Below are positions 25,377 to 35,200 of a stretch of DNA of 64,000 bases, piece by piece (position 1 is the stretch's first letter; each line of letters opens with the position of its first letter). Both the position numbers and the translations under genes were made by a program. Origin of the DNA: an uncultured Gemmataceae bacterium (GTDB lineage Bacteria; Planctomycetota; Planctomycetia; Gemmatales; Gemmataceae); the NCBI GenBank assembly GCA_963750165.1, contig CAVVPN010000011.1, positions 832,001 through 896,000 of the forward strand, in the 5' to 3' direction. The notes under the pieces were generated by a model. That model worked only from the letters and a program-made list of their open reading frames with translations, searched no databases and was not told where the DNA came from.

Positions 25377-27898
25377 ATGTTAGCAGTGCGACAACGGGGA
25401 AGCGCGATCCTCATCGTGATCGCCGCCACGCTGGTTTTCGCCACGGCCGGGCTGGCTCAGATGCCAGGATCTCCCTGGAAGAAGGCGGCACCGTTCCCGG
25501 AACCGGATGAAGAACTCTCCGGCGTCGCCGTGGGCGGCAAGCTGTATGTGATTGGCGGCTGGGGCGGCGGCAAGGGCCGGGGGGCCAACTACGAATACGA
25601 CCCGGCCACCAACAAATGGACGAAGAAGAAGTCGATGCCGCGACCCGCCCACCATGCGGCCCTGGCCGTTGCCAACGGCAAGATTTACGTGTGCGGCGGC
25701 TTCGTCGCCCCGGCGAAAAGCCCACTCCCCGTCGGCGCCGCCTGGGAACCCATTGACGACGTTTGGGAGTACGATCCGGCGGCCGATTCCTGGAAGGCGC
25801 TGGCGCCGCTGCCGGGCAAGCGCGGCGCGGCCGTGGCCGTGGCGGTCGGCGGCAAGATTTACGTGATCGGCGGCGTCACGACGGTGGAAGGCTCCAAGGT
25901 GCCCTTCTTCACGTTCATGGGACCTGCTCGCGACCTCACCACCAATGACGTGTACGACCCCGCGACGAACAAGTGGGAGAGCCGCAGGCCGATGGCGGTG
26001 GGGCGCAACCACGCATTTGCCGCTGCCGTCAACGGTAAGATTTACGTGATCGGCGGCCGCACCGGCCACGGCTTCATCATGAAGGCCACCAACACGGACG
26101 TGGTGGAGGAATACGACCCCACGACCAACACGTGGAGCGCCCCGAAGGAGCGCATGCCGACGGCCCGCAGCGGCGGCGGTTGCGGCACCGACGGCCGCAA
26201 GATTTACGTGGCCGGCGGCGAGGTGACGACCAAACAACTCATCGGCGCATACCGCGCCGTGGAGGCGTACGAACCGGCCACCGATTCCTGGACCACGCTG
26301 CCCTCCATGCCGATGCCGCGTCATGGCGTCGCGGGCGCAGTGGTTGGCAAGCGCTTGCACCTGGTGAGCGGCATGATCCAGTCTGCGGGGGCGATGGCGA
26401 TGCTCGACCCGCACCTGGAAGTCCACACGGCGGCGCATGATGTGCTGGAGCTGGCGGAGGGGAAGAACGAGTTTGGCAAAGGCAGGCTCGACCAGGGGAA
26501 ACGGAAGAATTACACGCGGTATGACATCAAGAGCCTCGAAGGCCAAAAGATGCTCGCGAAATACGAGCGGGCCGTCAAGATCATGAGGGAGTTGCCGGAC
26601 CACGATCCTCATTCCTGGAACTTCTGGTCGTACACCCACTGGATCAAGGGTCCCCCGGCGCACCTCTGGGAGAAGTCCAAGGAACACAAAGCGAAAGTGA
26701 TCGCATTGCTCCCGCCGAGTTCTCAGGCTCTGGCGGAGGCCGTATGGAACGGCTGCCAGGCCCACCCCTACAATCCGGACGACCCGGAGCAGTATCAGCA
26801 ATGGTACTTCCTGCCCTGGCATCGCCTTTACCTCTACCAATTTGAGCAGGTCGTCCGCGAGGTGCTGCGCGATGAGGATTTCTCGCTGCCTTACTGGAAC
26901 CCGGTCACCGGAGACGTCGCTGATCTGTCTCTCCCCGCCGCGTTCCGGGATCCAAGCAGCCCGCTTTATAACGGCACGCGCTTTCCCTGGGTCAATGCGG
27001 GCAAGCGGATCGATACGCCCTTCATGCATTGGCTCACCCTGGACGCCCTCAACGAGAAGCTGTACATCGACTCGCCGACCGGCAGCCTTGGGTTCTGCCC
27101 CAGGTTCGATCAGAACCCGCATTTCTTTACGCATGTCTCCATTGGTGGCGATATGGCTGACTTCGCCACGGTCGGCCAGGACCCGATCTTCTATCTCCAT
27201 CACAGCAACCTGGACCGGATTTGGGAAAGTTGGAACCGGCTCGGCAACAGCAATCCAACCGATCCCAGATACCGCAACCGCAAGTTCGCGTTCGGGGACC
27301 GGAGCGGCAAGCGCGTGGACCTGCCGGTCAGCGCAGCCGACCGTACCGCGCAGCTCGGCTACGAATACGACAGCTATGCCAGGCCGCCGAAGGCGGCGGC
27401 CACGGCGGTCGCGCAAGCCCTGCCCGCCAAGGCCGGCGGGTCCACACCGGCCCCGGCCTGGAGCCTGCCCGACGGGTCCGGCAAGAGCGTCACGCTGGGG
27501 CAGTTCAAGGGCCGGCCGGTGGTGGTGATTTTCTACGAGGGTTCCGGCTGCCTCCAGTGCATGAAGCAGCTCAACAGCTTCGCGCAGAAGGCCCAGGCGT
27601 TTGCCGACGCCGGGATCGGGCTCGTCGCCATCAGTACCGATGCGCCGGGCGATCTCAAGAATGCGCAGGAGCCATATGCGGAAAAAGGGGGCTTCCCCTT
27701 TCCGCTGCTGTCGGATGCGAAACGGGCTGTGTTCAAGGCCTAGGCTGCATTGATTTCGACAACCAGCCGTTGCACGGCACCTTTCTCATCGACGCCCAGG
27801 GCCGGGTTCAGTGGCGGGTCATCAGTGACCGGCCGTTCGACGACCCGACCTTTCTGCTGACAGAGGGGAAGCAGTCCTTGCGCGTGGCGGCCAAGTGA
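25377..27898 (+). CDS. Secreted Kelch-repeat / tyrosinase (type-3 copper) / AhpC-TSA redoxin fusion protein; frameshift near 27741
   Basis: Signal peptide and about 6 Kelch repeats (GKIYVIGG...YDP..NKW). CuA-like H...CQAH...FLPWHRLYL and CuB-like PHFFTH...[15 protein letters not shown]. Redoxin [13 protein letters not shown]...FPFPLLSD, continuing in another frame as [24 protein letters not shown]. Confidence 0.8.
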
Positions 27899-27976
27899 GT
27901 TCGGAAGGACCAAGGATCAATCAGAGAAGGCTCGTCTTTTTCATCCTTCGTCCTTTATCCTTCCAGGGAGTGTGAC

Positions 27977-29041
27977 ATGAGTATGAACAGGGCCAGGACG
28001 TTCTTGACACTGCTGACGCTGCTGGCGACGCCGTTCGCCGCGCGGGGCTGGGAGCGCGGCAAGGTCGAGCGCTTCGCTACCCTGCCCCCGGGGGAGGCGC
28101 ACCCCGAGGGTATTTGCGTGGACCGCGAGGGCAACGTCTACGTGGTCACCGTGGCAGCGAACAAACCGGACACGAGCAAGGGAACCCTGATCGTGTTCGA
28201 CGCGAAGGGGAAACATCTGCGGACGGTCAGCATCGCTGATTCCAGCAGATTGCTGCTCGACGTGCGTTTCCATCCCCAGACGGGCAAGCTCCTCGTGATC
28301 GATTACGGCGCCGCGAAGGTCCTCACCGTCGATCCCCGGACGGGCGCCTCCTCGGTGTTCATGACCGTCGCCGGCGAAAAGCCCGGTTGGCCGGACCGAC
28401 ACGATAAGCCCGGCCTTGACGGGATGACGTTCGACGCCGCCGGCAACGTGTACGTGACGGACGCGCACCAGGGCATTATCTGGAAAGTGGGCAAAGACGG
28501 CGGCGAGGCGACAGCCTGGGTCGAGAGCCCGCTCCTCAAGCCAACCAGGCCCCCGCCCGCCATCGGCGCGAATGGCCTGTGTTTCACTAACAAGCAGACG
28601 GCGTTGTTCGTCGCCAACACCGCCAACGACACGATTGTGAAAATCCCGGTGAGCGGCGCGCCGCTCAAGCCGGGCAAGCCCGAGGTCTTCGTCAACCGCG
28701 CCGGCGGCGGGCCCGACGGCCTGATCATTGACGAGCACGACAACCTCTGGATCGCGTGCAACCAGTCCAACGAGATCCTCGTGCTCGAGCCGACGCGGGG
28801 CCGGGTGATCGCCAGGCTCGGCGACTTCGGCGGGATCGACAAGGACGGCGCGCCCATCGGTTTTCTCTGGTCGAATAGCCTGGTATTCCACGGCGACGAC
28901 GTCCTCGTCACCAACCTGTCGTTCAACGTTGCCGCCTTCACTTCCCAGAGTCTGCGGACGGTCGATGGGCCGTGGGCCGACCGGGTGAAGGTCCATACGA
29001 TCTCGAAAATCAAGAAGCGGATTCCGAGCGTTCCGAAATGA
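27977..29041 (+). CDS. SMP-30/gluconolactonase/LRE family beta-propeller protein, secreted
   Basis: HPEGICVD, GLDGMTFDAAGNVYV, GANGL, GPDGLIIDEHDNLWIA; signal peptide. Confidence 0.85.
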   Translation: MSMNRARTFLTLLTLLATPFAARGWERGKVERFATLPPGEAHPEGICVDREGNVYVVTVAANKPDTSKGTLIVFDAKGKHLRTVSIADSSRLLLDVRFHPQTGKLLVIDYGAAKVLTVDPRTGASSVFMTVAGEKPGWPDRHDKPGLDGMTFDAAGNVYVTDAHQGIIWKVGKDGGEATAWVESPLLKPTRPPPAIGANGLCFTNKQTALFVANTANDTIVKIPVSGAPLKPGKPEVFVNRAGGGPDGLIIDEHDNLWIACNQSNEILVLEPTRGRVIARLGDFGGIDKDGAPIGFLWSNSLVFHGDDVLVTNLSFNVAAFTSQSLRTVDGPWADRVKVHTISKIKKRIPSVPK

Positions 29042-29061
29042 CTGGAATGCGCTTGCGGGCG

Positions 29062-29117
29062 TGCGCGAAGACGGGGACTTGGCCTCAAAGCAAAGGCCCA
29101 GTCCCCGTCTTCGCGCA
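29062..29117. repeat. Inverted repeat between convergent genes (REP-like or bidirectional terminator)
   Basis: TGCGCGAAGACGGGGACT ... AGTCCCCGTCTTCGCGCA, 18-bp perfect arms. Confidence 0.75.
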
Positions 29118-29133
29118 GACTTTGAATGGGTCG

Positions 29134-30675
29134 TCAGAAATCGATCTTCGCCCTGAGGCCAAGCACGAGCGACGTCTCGGCACGTTCCAGGACGGGTGTG
29201 ATCACTTGCAAGTCCGTGGTGACGTGACACCAGGGCGTCACGGCCACGTTGTAGAAGAGTTCCAGGCCGCGCTCGTTGCGCAGGGGCACGAGAGCCGGGG
29301 CGACGTTCTTGAAGCCGTCGCTAAACCCGAGGTAGTAATAGGCGACGCCGAAGGTGTCCAGTTCGCGGGTGGGGATCGGGCTGCTGCCGCCGAGGCCAAC
29401 GATGGCCGACCAATGGATCGGGTTGGGGTTGCCATCGCTGATCCCGACGTTGCCGAACACGCCCCAGCTGCGCGTTGGATTCGTGGGGTCTACCCAGAGC
29501 GCCTGGTCGAACAAGTAGGTGACCCACCAGGAACCGTGGACCAGAGACTTCCGGGGAGATCCTTGCAACACTGGGGGAATGAGATTCAACGATTCAGGGC
29601 TCAAGATGGCATAGCGTCCGGAACTATACGCCCCCCAGACGCTCTGGTGTCCCGGCAGGCCGAAAAACTTGGTCGGTAGGCTGACGGTGGGATAGAGAAT
29701 CGCCCCGTTATCGAAGAGTACGTTGAAGCCGCTCGTGGTGGTGTCATTGTTGGTGTCGTACACCGTGAGCGAGGCCACGGGATAACCGCCCATCAGGAAG
29801 GCGGCCCCGGCCCCCATCGTCACGTAGTTCATCGTCCGTCCCAGGATCGGGTTCCAGACGAACGCGGCGTTCATGAAGCCGGCATCGAGTCCGCGCCCGG
29901 GCATGAACGGTTGCTGGACGTTGTCAATCGTATTGATCCGCCCGCCGTACACGATGAGGTTTTCCGAGAGCACTTGCGTGAACCGGACGGCGGTCAGCGC
30001 GGTCTCGTTGCTGAAAAAGACCGGATGGGCCCGGCCGATATTCACCGGCACGACCGCCCCGGTCGCGAGGTTTACGGAATCGCCGTAGACGGTTTCGCCG
30101 TGAAGGTTGACGTACAGCCCTTGCCACAGCCCGGCCTTCTGACCGTCCACGTTGAGCAGATAATCATCGCGGCCGCCAAACCGGAAGGTGTCCTGCAGGC
30201 CGCCACTGGCAGTCCCCTGGTAGTACGTGGTCGAACTGACGTCGAGCGTAAAGCCGTCGTCGCGGAGTTGCTCGCGCAGCCCACACCAGTCGCCAGTCAA
30301 CTTCGGTCGAGCATACCAGGGACCGCCGAACGGCGGGAGCGAGAAAGCACTGATCGAAGCGGCCCCAGCTCTGCCGGCGGACTCGCCGCCGGCTGCCGGG
30401 TTGCCGGCGACGTCCAGGCCGCTCCCGGTGGGGCCGCGACGGGCGCCGTCATAGGGGAATTCAAAGCCGTCGAACAGCGAACGTACGGCCGTGGTTTCGC
30501 AGGCTGCCGGGGCACCGCCGTCGAACAGTTGGAGCCCCTCGAAGGGGGAACCACCTGAACTGCTGCCGGCGGGACTGGCGGGCGCGTTGGGCGCCTGGGC
30601 CACAACGCGAAGGACGCAGGTGCACAGCAAACACAGGGCAACCAGGACTCGACGGCTGAACGTGGACATGGGCAT
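29134..30675 (-). CDS. Carbohydrate-selective porin, OprB family
   Basis: LTGDWCGLREQLRDDG, ELFYNVAVTPWCHVTTDLQVI, and a C-terminal LGLRAKIDF beta-signal. Confidence 0.85.
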   Translation of the reverse strand: MPMSTFSRRVLVALCLLCTCVLRVVAQAPNAPASPAGSSSGGSPFEGLQLFDGGAPAACETTAVRSLFDGFEFPYDGARRGPTGSGLDVAGNPAAGGESAGRAGAASISAFSLPPFGGPWYARPKLTGDWCGLREQLRDDGFTLDVSSTTYYQGTASGGLQDTFRFGGRDDYLLNVDGQKAGLWQGLYVNLHGETVYGDSVNLATGAVVPVNIGRAHPVFFSNETALTAVRFTQVLSENLIVYGGRINTIDNVQQPFMPGRGLDAGFMNAAFVWNPILGRTMNYVTMGAGAAFLMGGYPVASLTVYDTNNDTTTSGFNVLFDNGAILYPTVSLPTKFFGLPGHQSVWGAYSSGRYAILSPESLNLIPPVLQGSPRKSLVHGSWWVTYLFDQALWVDPTNPTRSWGVFGNVGISDGNPNPIHWSAIVGLGGSSPIPTRELDTFGVAYYYLGFSDGFKNVAPALVPLRNERGLELFYNVAVTPWCHVTTDLQVITPVLERAETSLVLGLRAKIDF

Positions 30676-30719
30676 GTTGCACTCTGCCGGGTTCCTGAAC
30701 CATCCGCACTCCCCTGCCG

Positions 30720-31565
30720 CTACCAACCGCTATGGGCCTTCGGAGCGGAGACGGTTACTCGCCTGGCAGGCATGCTCGTTACCGGGTCGGGTGCGTTCAG
30801 CCCGTCCGCCGGCACGACTTTGAGAATGACCTGGAAGCCAAAGCTATTCTTGCTGGCACCGTGGAAAGGCTCCCGTGAGCTGACCCATCGAAGATCGAGG
30901 GCGCCTTCGGGGGCAAACTCGGCAGAGGGGCCTCTGCACAGACACCCCCACTGGCTGCCGGTCGCCTGGATGCCGAAGACTTCGTGCAGCACGTACTTGC
31001 CCGGTGCGATAACTACAGAGGCAGGGCCTTCCCGGTTGTAAACGGACAGGTTCTCCCCGCAAGCCACGGAGCGCGCGGGCAGGGTGAGCGCCAGCAGGTC
31101 CTGCGGCCCGCACCGGACAGCGGCGTGGGCGGGGATGGAAACCGCCGCCGTCCCCCCGGGGCCCGCACCGCAGCATTTCGGGCTGCGCAGCAGGCCCACG
31201 ACGCGCGCTTCCATGAGCAGCCTGGCTGCCCGGACCTTCGGGTCGCTGACGACCACTTCAATGTCCTGCGTCAGCTCGAAGGTGTAACTGGCCATACCGT
31301 CACCGAGGGGACTGCTCGTGGCCACGACCACGCCGGTCATGGAGGTGGCAATCGTGGCGCCGGCCGGCTGGGTCACCAGGACATTGCCGCCGCCCGCGTG
31401 GGCACAGCAGGTGCGGTGGGGCGTGGCCGTGCCCTCCCCCGGCCCTAGCACCAGCTGGACCGCGGGTGGGGCCGGCTGCGGCTGGGGCGCCGCGGCCACC
31501 AGGGATGCGGCCAGCAGACCGGCAAGCGCCGCGAACCCGCCGATGACAATCCCAGTCGTCCGCAT
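30720..31565 (-). CDS. Hypothetical secreted Cys-containing protein
   Basis: 281-aa ORF with AGGAGG RBS and signal peptide, co-oriented with the porin. Confidence 0.7.
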   Translation of the reverse strand: MRTTGIVIGGFAALAGLLAASLVAAAPQPQPAPPAVQLVLGPGEGTATPHRTCCAHAGGGNVLVTQPAGATIATSMTGVVVATSSPLGDGMASYTFELTQDIEVVVSDPKVRAARLLMEARVVGLLRSPKCCGAGPGGTAAVSIPAHAAVRCGPQDLLALTLPARSVACGENLSVYNREGPASVVIAPGKYVLHEVFGIQATGSQWGCLCRGPSAEFAPEGALDLRWVSSREPFHGASKNSFGFQVILKVVPADGLNAPDPVTSMPARRVTVSAPKAHSGW

Positions 31566-31699
31566 GCTATCCTCCTGACGAACCGGCGGGGTCGTGGTCC
31601 GCCGGAGGCGCCCTTCGAGGCCTTAGAGCGGTTCACGCACGGTTTGCGCACAAGTGGCGGCGGGCACGGGCTGACCTCCAGCGGCCTGCGCTGCCACAG

Positions 31700-31729
31700 C
31701 AAGGGGGCCAAGGGGGCCAAGGGGGCCAA
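31700..31729. repeat. Tandem 9-mer (CAAGGGGGC) x3
   Basis: CAAGGGGGCCAAGGGGGCCAAGGGGGCCAA in an intergenic region. Confidence 0.7.
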
Positions 31730-32092
31730 CTTTTTCACACGTCGAGATTCGAGCCTGGGAGCGGCTCGCGCAGTTTGCAGGACGGTTCGGGAGCACTGGC
31801 CTGCCGTTCCTGGTCCACACCACTGCGAACCGCGCTAAGCAAGCCAAAGGACTGCGCATGTAAGAATGCCAAACTCTCCCCACGCAGGGGTCAGTTTCTC
31901 TATCTACCCCGCTCATTCTGAACTGGGTTCCACTCCGTGATCGACGCTGACGTGACGAGGGAGCCAATCATTCCACTTCATCGGTCAGGCGGCGGGCGAG
32001 TTTGAACAATCCTGCGAGAATTCCGTGAACCTCATGACCAGCATTCACCGCGCACGCGCCCTGAGCAACGGTATCGAGCGACGACACCGCGA

Positions 32093-32139
32093 GCCGGTGC
32101 AACGCCGCCACGCTTAAGTGGACGTCCGGGAGGGAATCG
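32093..32139 (+). promoter_or_regulatory. Conserved upstream motif, copy 2
   Basis: 41/47 identical to 25224-25270; about 70 bp upstream of the 32212 ATG. Confidence 0.6.
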
Positions 32140-32211
32140 GCGGGTGGTCGTGGGCGGCCGCTTGCCACGTGAAGATTGGTTCCAGACGAGTGACTGACCT
32201 GGAGGACTGTC

Positions 32212-33123
32212 ATGCAGTGGAAGAGCATCGCGTTGTTCACCGTACCGGCCCTTGCGGTGCTCGGCGGCGGTTTGGCGGCGGCGCAGGACAAAGCGGCCCA
32301 GGACCCCAAACGGGAGGCCGACCGCCAGGCCATCGACAAGTTAACCCGGGACATGATTCAGGCGTTCGATCAACGGGACGCGGCCGCGATCACCGCCCAC
32401 TGGACTCGGGACGGCGAGTTCCTTCGCAATGACGGCGCGCCGATCCGTGGCCGGGCCGCGATCCAGAAAGGGTACGCGGCGTTTTTCAAGACCCTCAAGG
32501 GCAAGCCGAAGCTGGAGATCCAGGCGGATGCCGTCCGCTTCCCGTCCGCGGACCTGGCCGTCGCCGAAGTCACGCTGCGGCTGAAAAACGACGGCGAAGT
32601 CGTGGCGTCCGGCCGGCAAGCCATCGTCGTGGTCCGCGAGGGCGGCCGGTGGAAGGTGGCCATGATCCGCGAATGGGATCGCGACGCCGGCCTGGACGTG
32701 GGCCTCAACGAACTCGAGTGGCTTATCGGGACGTGGCGGGCGGTCACCAGGGAGCGGGAGGTGACCATCTCGTACGCGTGGGACGAGCACAAGGCGTTCA
32801 TCCGCGGGAAATTCACGGTCAAGGAAGGCGCCAAGGTCATCGAGTCCGGGACGGAGTTGATCGGCAAGGACCACGCCGAGGGCGTCATTCGCTCGTGGGT
32901 CTTCCAGTCCGACGGCGGGTTTGGGGGCGGGGTCTGGGTCCGGGACGGCAAGAAATGGAGCGTCAACGTCCACGGCGTCCGGGCCGACGGCAGCCAACTC
33001 ACAGCGACCATCCTCTATGTCCCGGTTGATCCCAACACTGTCACCTGGCAGGCGGTCAACCAGCTCCTCGACGGTGAGCCGGTCGCGGACACCCCGCCGA
33101 TCAAGGCCGCGAAACAGAAGTAA
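32212..33123 (+). CDS. SgcJ/EcaC-like (DUF4440, NTF2-fold) secreted protein
   Basis: AFDQRDAAAITAHWTRDG...GRAAIQKGY...WKVAMIREW followed by LNELEWLIGTW, a two-domain planctomycete type. GGAGG RBS. Confidence 0.8.
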   Translation: MQWKSIALFTVPALAVLGGGLAAAQDKAAQDPKREADRQAIDKLTRDMIQAFDQRDAAAITAHWTRDGEFLRNDGAPIRGRAAIQKGYAAFFKTLKGKPKLEIQADAVRFPSADLAVAEVTLRLKNDGEVVASGRQAIVVVREGGRWKVAMIREWDRDAGLDVGLNELEWLIGTWRAVTREREVTISYAWDEHKAFIRGKFTVKEGAKVIESGTELIGKDHAEGVIRSWVFQSDGGFGGGVWVRDGKKWSVNVHGVRADGSQLTATILYVPVDPNTVTWQAVNQLLDGEPVADTPPIKAAKQK

Positions 33124-33187
33124 GCGAAGTAGCCGATCCCAGCGCGATTGGTAGGCGCTTCACCTCAAGCCATGAGCATCGGGAGAC

Positions 33188-34399
33188 GTGATCATGAGTA
33201 CCCGAACATCGGTAACGGCCTGTGTGGTGGTCCTGGCCCTGTGGGCCTGCAACCATGACGAGGCATCGGCCCAGCCAAGGCCCCCCGGGCCGCCGCCCAT
33301 GATGAGGCCCCCTGGGCCTCCGCCCATGATGATGAGGCCCCCCGGACCCGTCTTCGGGCCGATGGGCGGGCCGCGGTTTCCCGGGCCGGGCATGATGCCG
33401 GGCGGTCCTCCCGGACAGGGCATGATGCCCGGCCGTCCCCCCGGACCCGTCTTCGGGCCGATGGGCGGGCTGGTGCGCCCGGGAGGCATCGGTGGCCCTG
33501 GTGGCCCCGGCGGCATCGGTGGCACCCCCCGGCCCCTGGGCGGCGTCGGCGGGCCGGTGCATCCGGGAGGCGGCGGCCCCGGCGGCCCTGGCGGGCCCGC
33601 CCACTTGCCGGGCCTGAGCGGCCTGGGTGCTCTGTCCGGGTACGCTGCGCTCGCGGGGAAGTCCTCCGCGCTCGCGGGGAAGTCCCCGACCGTCGCCGTG
33701 AACCGGCAAGCGCTGGTCAACCAGGCGAATCTGGTACGCAACAACTTCAACCACTCCGGTTCCTTCCGCGGCAACTGGTGGAACCGACACCGCGGCGCCT
33801 GGCGGGCGGCCGCGTGGGGCACTGCGGCGGCCGCTGGGGCGGGCGCCTACGGCAACGCCTCCTGGGGCGATTGTTCCAGCTACGGCGGCTATTCCTCCGA
33901 GCCGTCCTACTACGACTACGGCTCGAACGTCGTCTACGACGGCGGCAAGGTTTACTACAACGGCGACTCGGTGGGCACCCAGGAGCAATATGCGCAACAA
34001 GCGCAGACCATCGCCGGCACCGGCAAGCAAGCTCGGGCTACCGAGGAGGAAGACTGGCTGCCGCTGGGCGTGTTCGTCATGGCCCAGGGCCAGCAGGTGC
34101 ACGGCAACGACCTCTTCCAGCTGGCCGTCAACAAGTCGGGCGTGATCCGCGGCAACTATTACAACGCGCTGAGCGACACCACGCTACCCGTGTACGGCTC
34201 CGTGGACCGGAAAACCCAGCGCGCCGCCTGGACGATCGGCGACCGCAAGGAGTCGGTCTTTGAGGCGGGCCTCGCCAACCTGACCCGGTCGGAAACGACC
34301 ATGCTGGTGCATCACGGCAAGGACCGCACGCAGCAGTGGACCCTTGTTCGGATCAATCCGTCCGCTGAGTCCAAGCAGGCCGGCGGGGGCGCTCGCTGA
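33188..34399 (+). CDS. Pro/Gly-rich secreted hypothetical protein (planctomycete 'protocadherin-like' family)
   Basis: Low-complexity PGP region with internal DNA repeats, then the conserved YDYGSNV...WLPLGVF...QLAVNKSGVIRGNYYN...GSVDRKTQRAAWTIG...TQQWTLVR. Confidence 0.75.
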   Translation: MIMSTRTSVTACVVVLALWACNHDEASAQPRPPGPPPMMRPPGPPPMMMRPPGPVFGPMGGPRFPGPGMMPGGPPGQGMMPGRPPGPVFGPMGGLVRPGGIGGPGGPGGIGGTPRPLGGVGGPVHPGGGGPGGPGGPAHLPGLSGLGALSGYAALAGKSSALAGKSPTVAVNRQALVNQANLVRNNFNHSGSFRGNWWNRHRGAWRAAAWGTAAAAGAGAYGNASWGDCSSYGGYSSEPSYYDYGSNVVYDGGKVYYNGDSVGTQEQYAQQAQTIAGTGKQARATEEEDWLPLGVFVMAQGQQVHGNDLFQLAVNKSGVIRGNYYNALSDTTLPVYGSVDRKTQRAAWTIGDRKESVFEAGLANLTRSETTMLVHHGKDRTQQWTLVRINPSAESKQAGGGAR

Positions 34400-34633
34400 C
34401 CGAGGAAGTTAAGCGGGGGAGTTGACAGAGTGTGCGGATTTGGCCCCCCGCCGTGCGGCCCGAGTACAGTGGCGTTGGCAAGGCGACCAGGGCAGGTTGA
34501 CGCAAGCCGCATTACCGGAATGACCTGCGCCGCCAACCAGGAGGTCGGCATAGAAGGTGCGTCATGGGGCAAGAAACAGGGTTACCCGAAGCCGGCCAGG
34601 TTACCCAACTTTCGCCCGAGAAGGAGGACAGTC

Positions 34634-35125
34634 ATGTCCACGTTCCAGACCATCGTTCACCCGACCGATTTCGACGAACCGTCGAAGGAAGCCTTCCGGG
34701 TCGCGCGGTCGCTCGCCCAGGCCCTCAGGGCCAGGATTGTTGTCGTCCACATCGTCCCGCCACCTGCCATCGTCGCCCCGGACGGGAGCGCCATCATCGA
34801 CCAGTGCGACGCGGAGCCGATCGACCCCTGGGCGGAGTACCGCCGGCTGCAGGCGGACACCCCGAACGTGCCCGTCCAGTACGCGGTCGTGGTGGGCGAC
34901 CGATCCGAGTCCTGGCGCCTGCTCGAAGCGAAGATCCGTGAGCAGGGCGAAGGGACTCTGCTCGTGATGGGGAGCCACGGCCGGCGCGGCCTCCGCCGGT
35001 TCCTCTGGGGGAGCAAGGCCGAGGAGGTCGTGCGGGAGTGCCCCTGCCCCGTGCTGGTCGTGAAGGCGCCTGCGCGGCGGGAGCCTGCCCGTGCGGCGGC
35101 GGCCGAGGCAACCGCGAACGCCTGA
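34634..35125 (+). CDS. Universal stress protein
   Basis: FQTIVHPTDF...LLVMGSHGRRGLRRFLWGSKAEEVVRECPCPVLVVK; AGGAGG RBS. Confidence 0.9.
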   Translation: MSTFQTIVHPTDFDEPSKEAFRVARSLAQALRARIVVVHIVPPPAIVAPDGSAIIDQCDAEPIDPWAEYRRLQADTPNVPVQYAVVVGDRSESWRLLEAKIREQGEGTLLVMGSHGRRGLRRFLWGSKAEEVVRECPCPVLVVKAPARREPARAAAAEATANA

Positions 35126-35200
35126 GCCGCGAATCACCCGAGTCCCGGGCGGACGTCCCGGGAGCACCCCGGTCGCCCCTAGCAGGAGAGTGAGGCCTTT

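Noticed and set aside
27741..27743. Stop-codon readthrough or pyrrolysine at TAG
   Set aside because: The continuation is in a different frame, so this is a frameshift and not readthrough.
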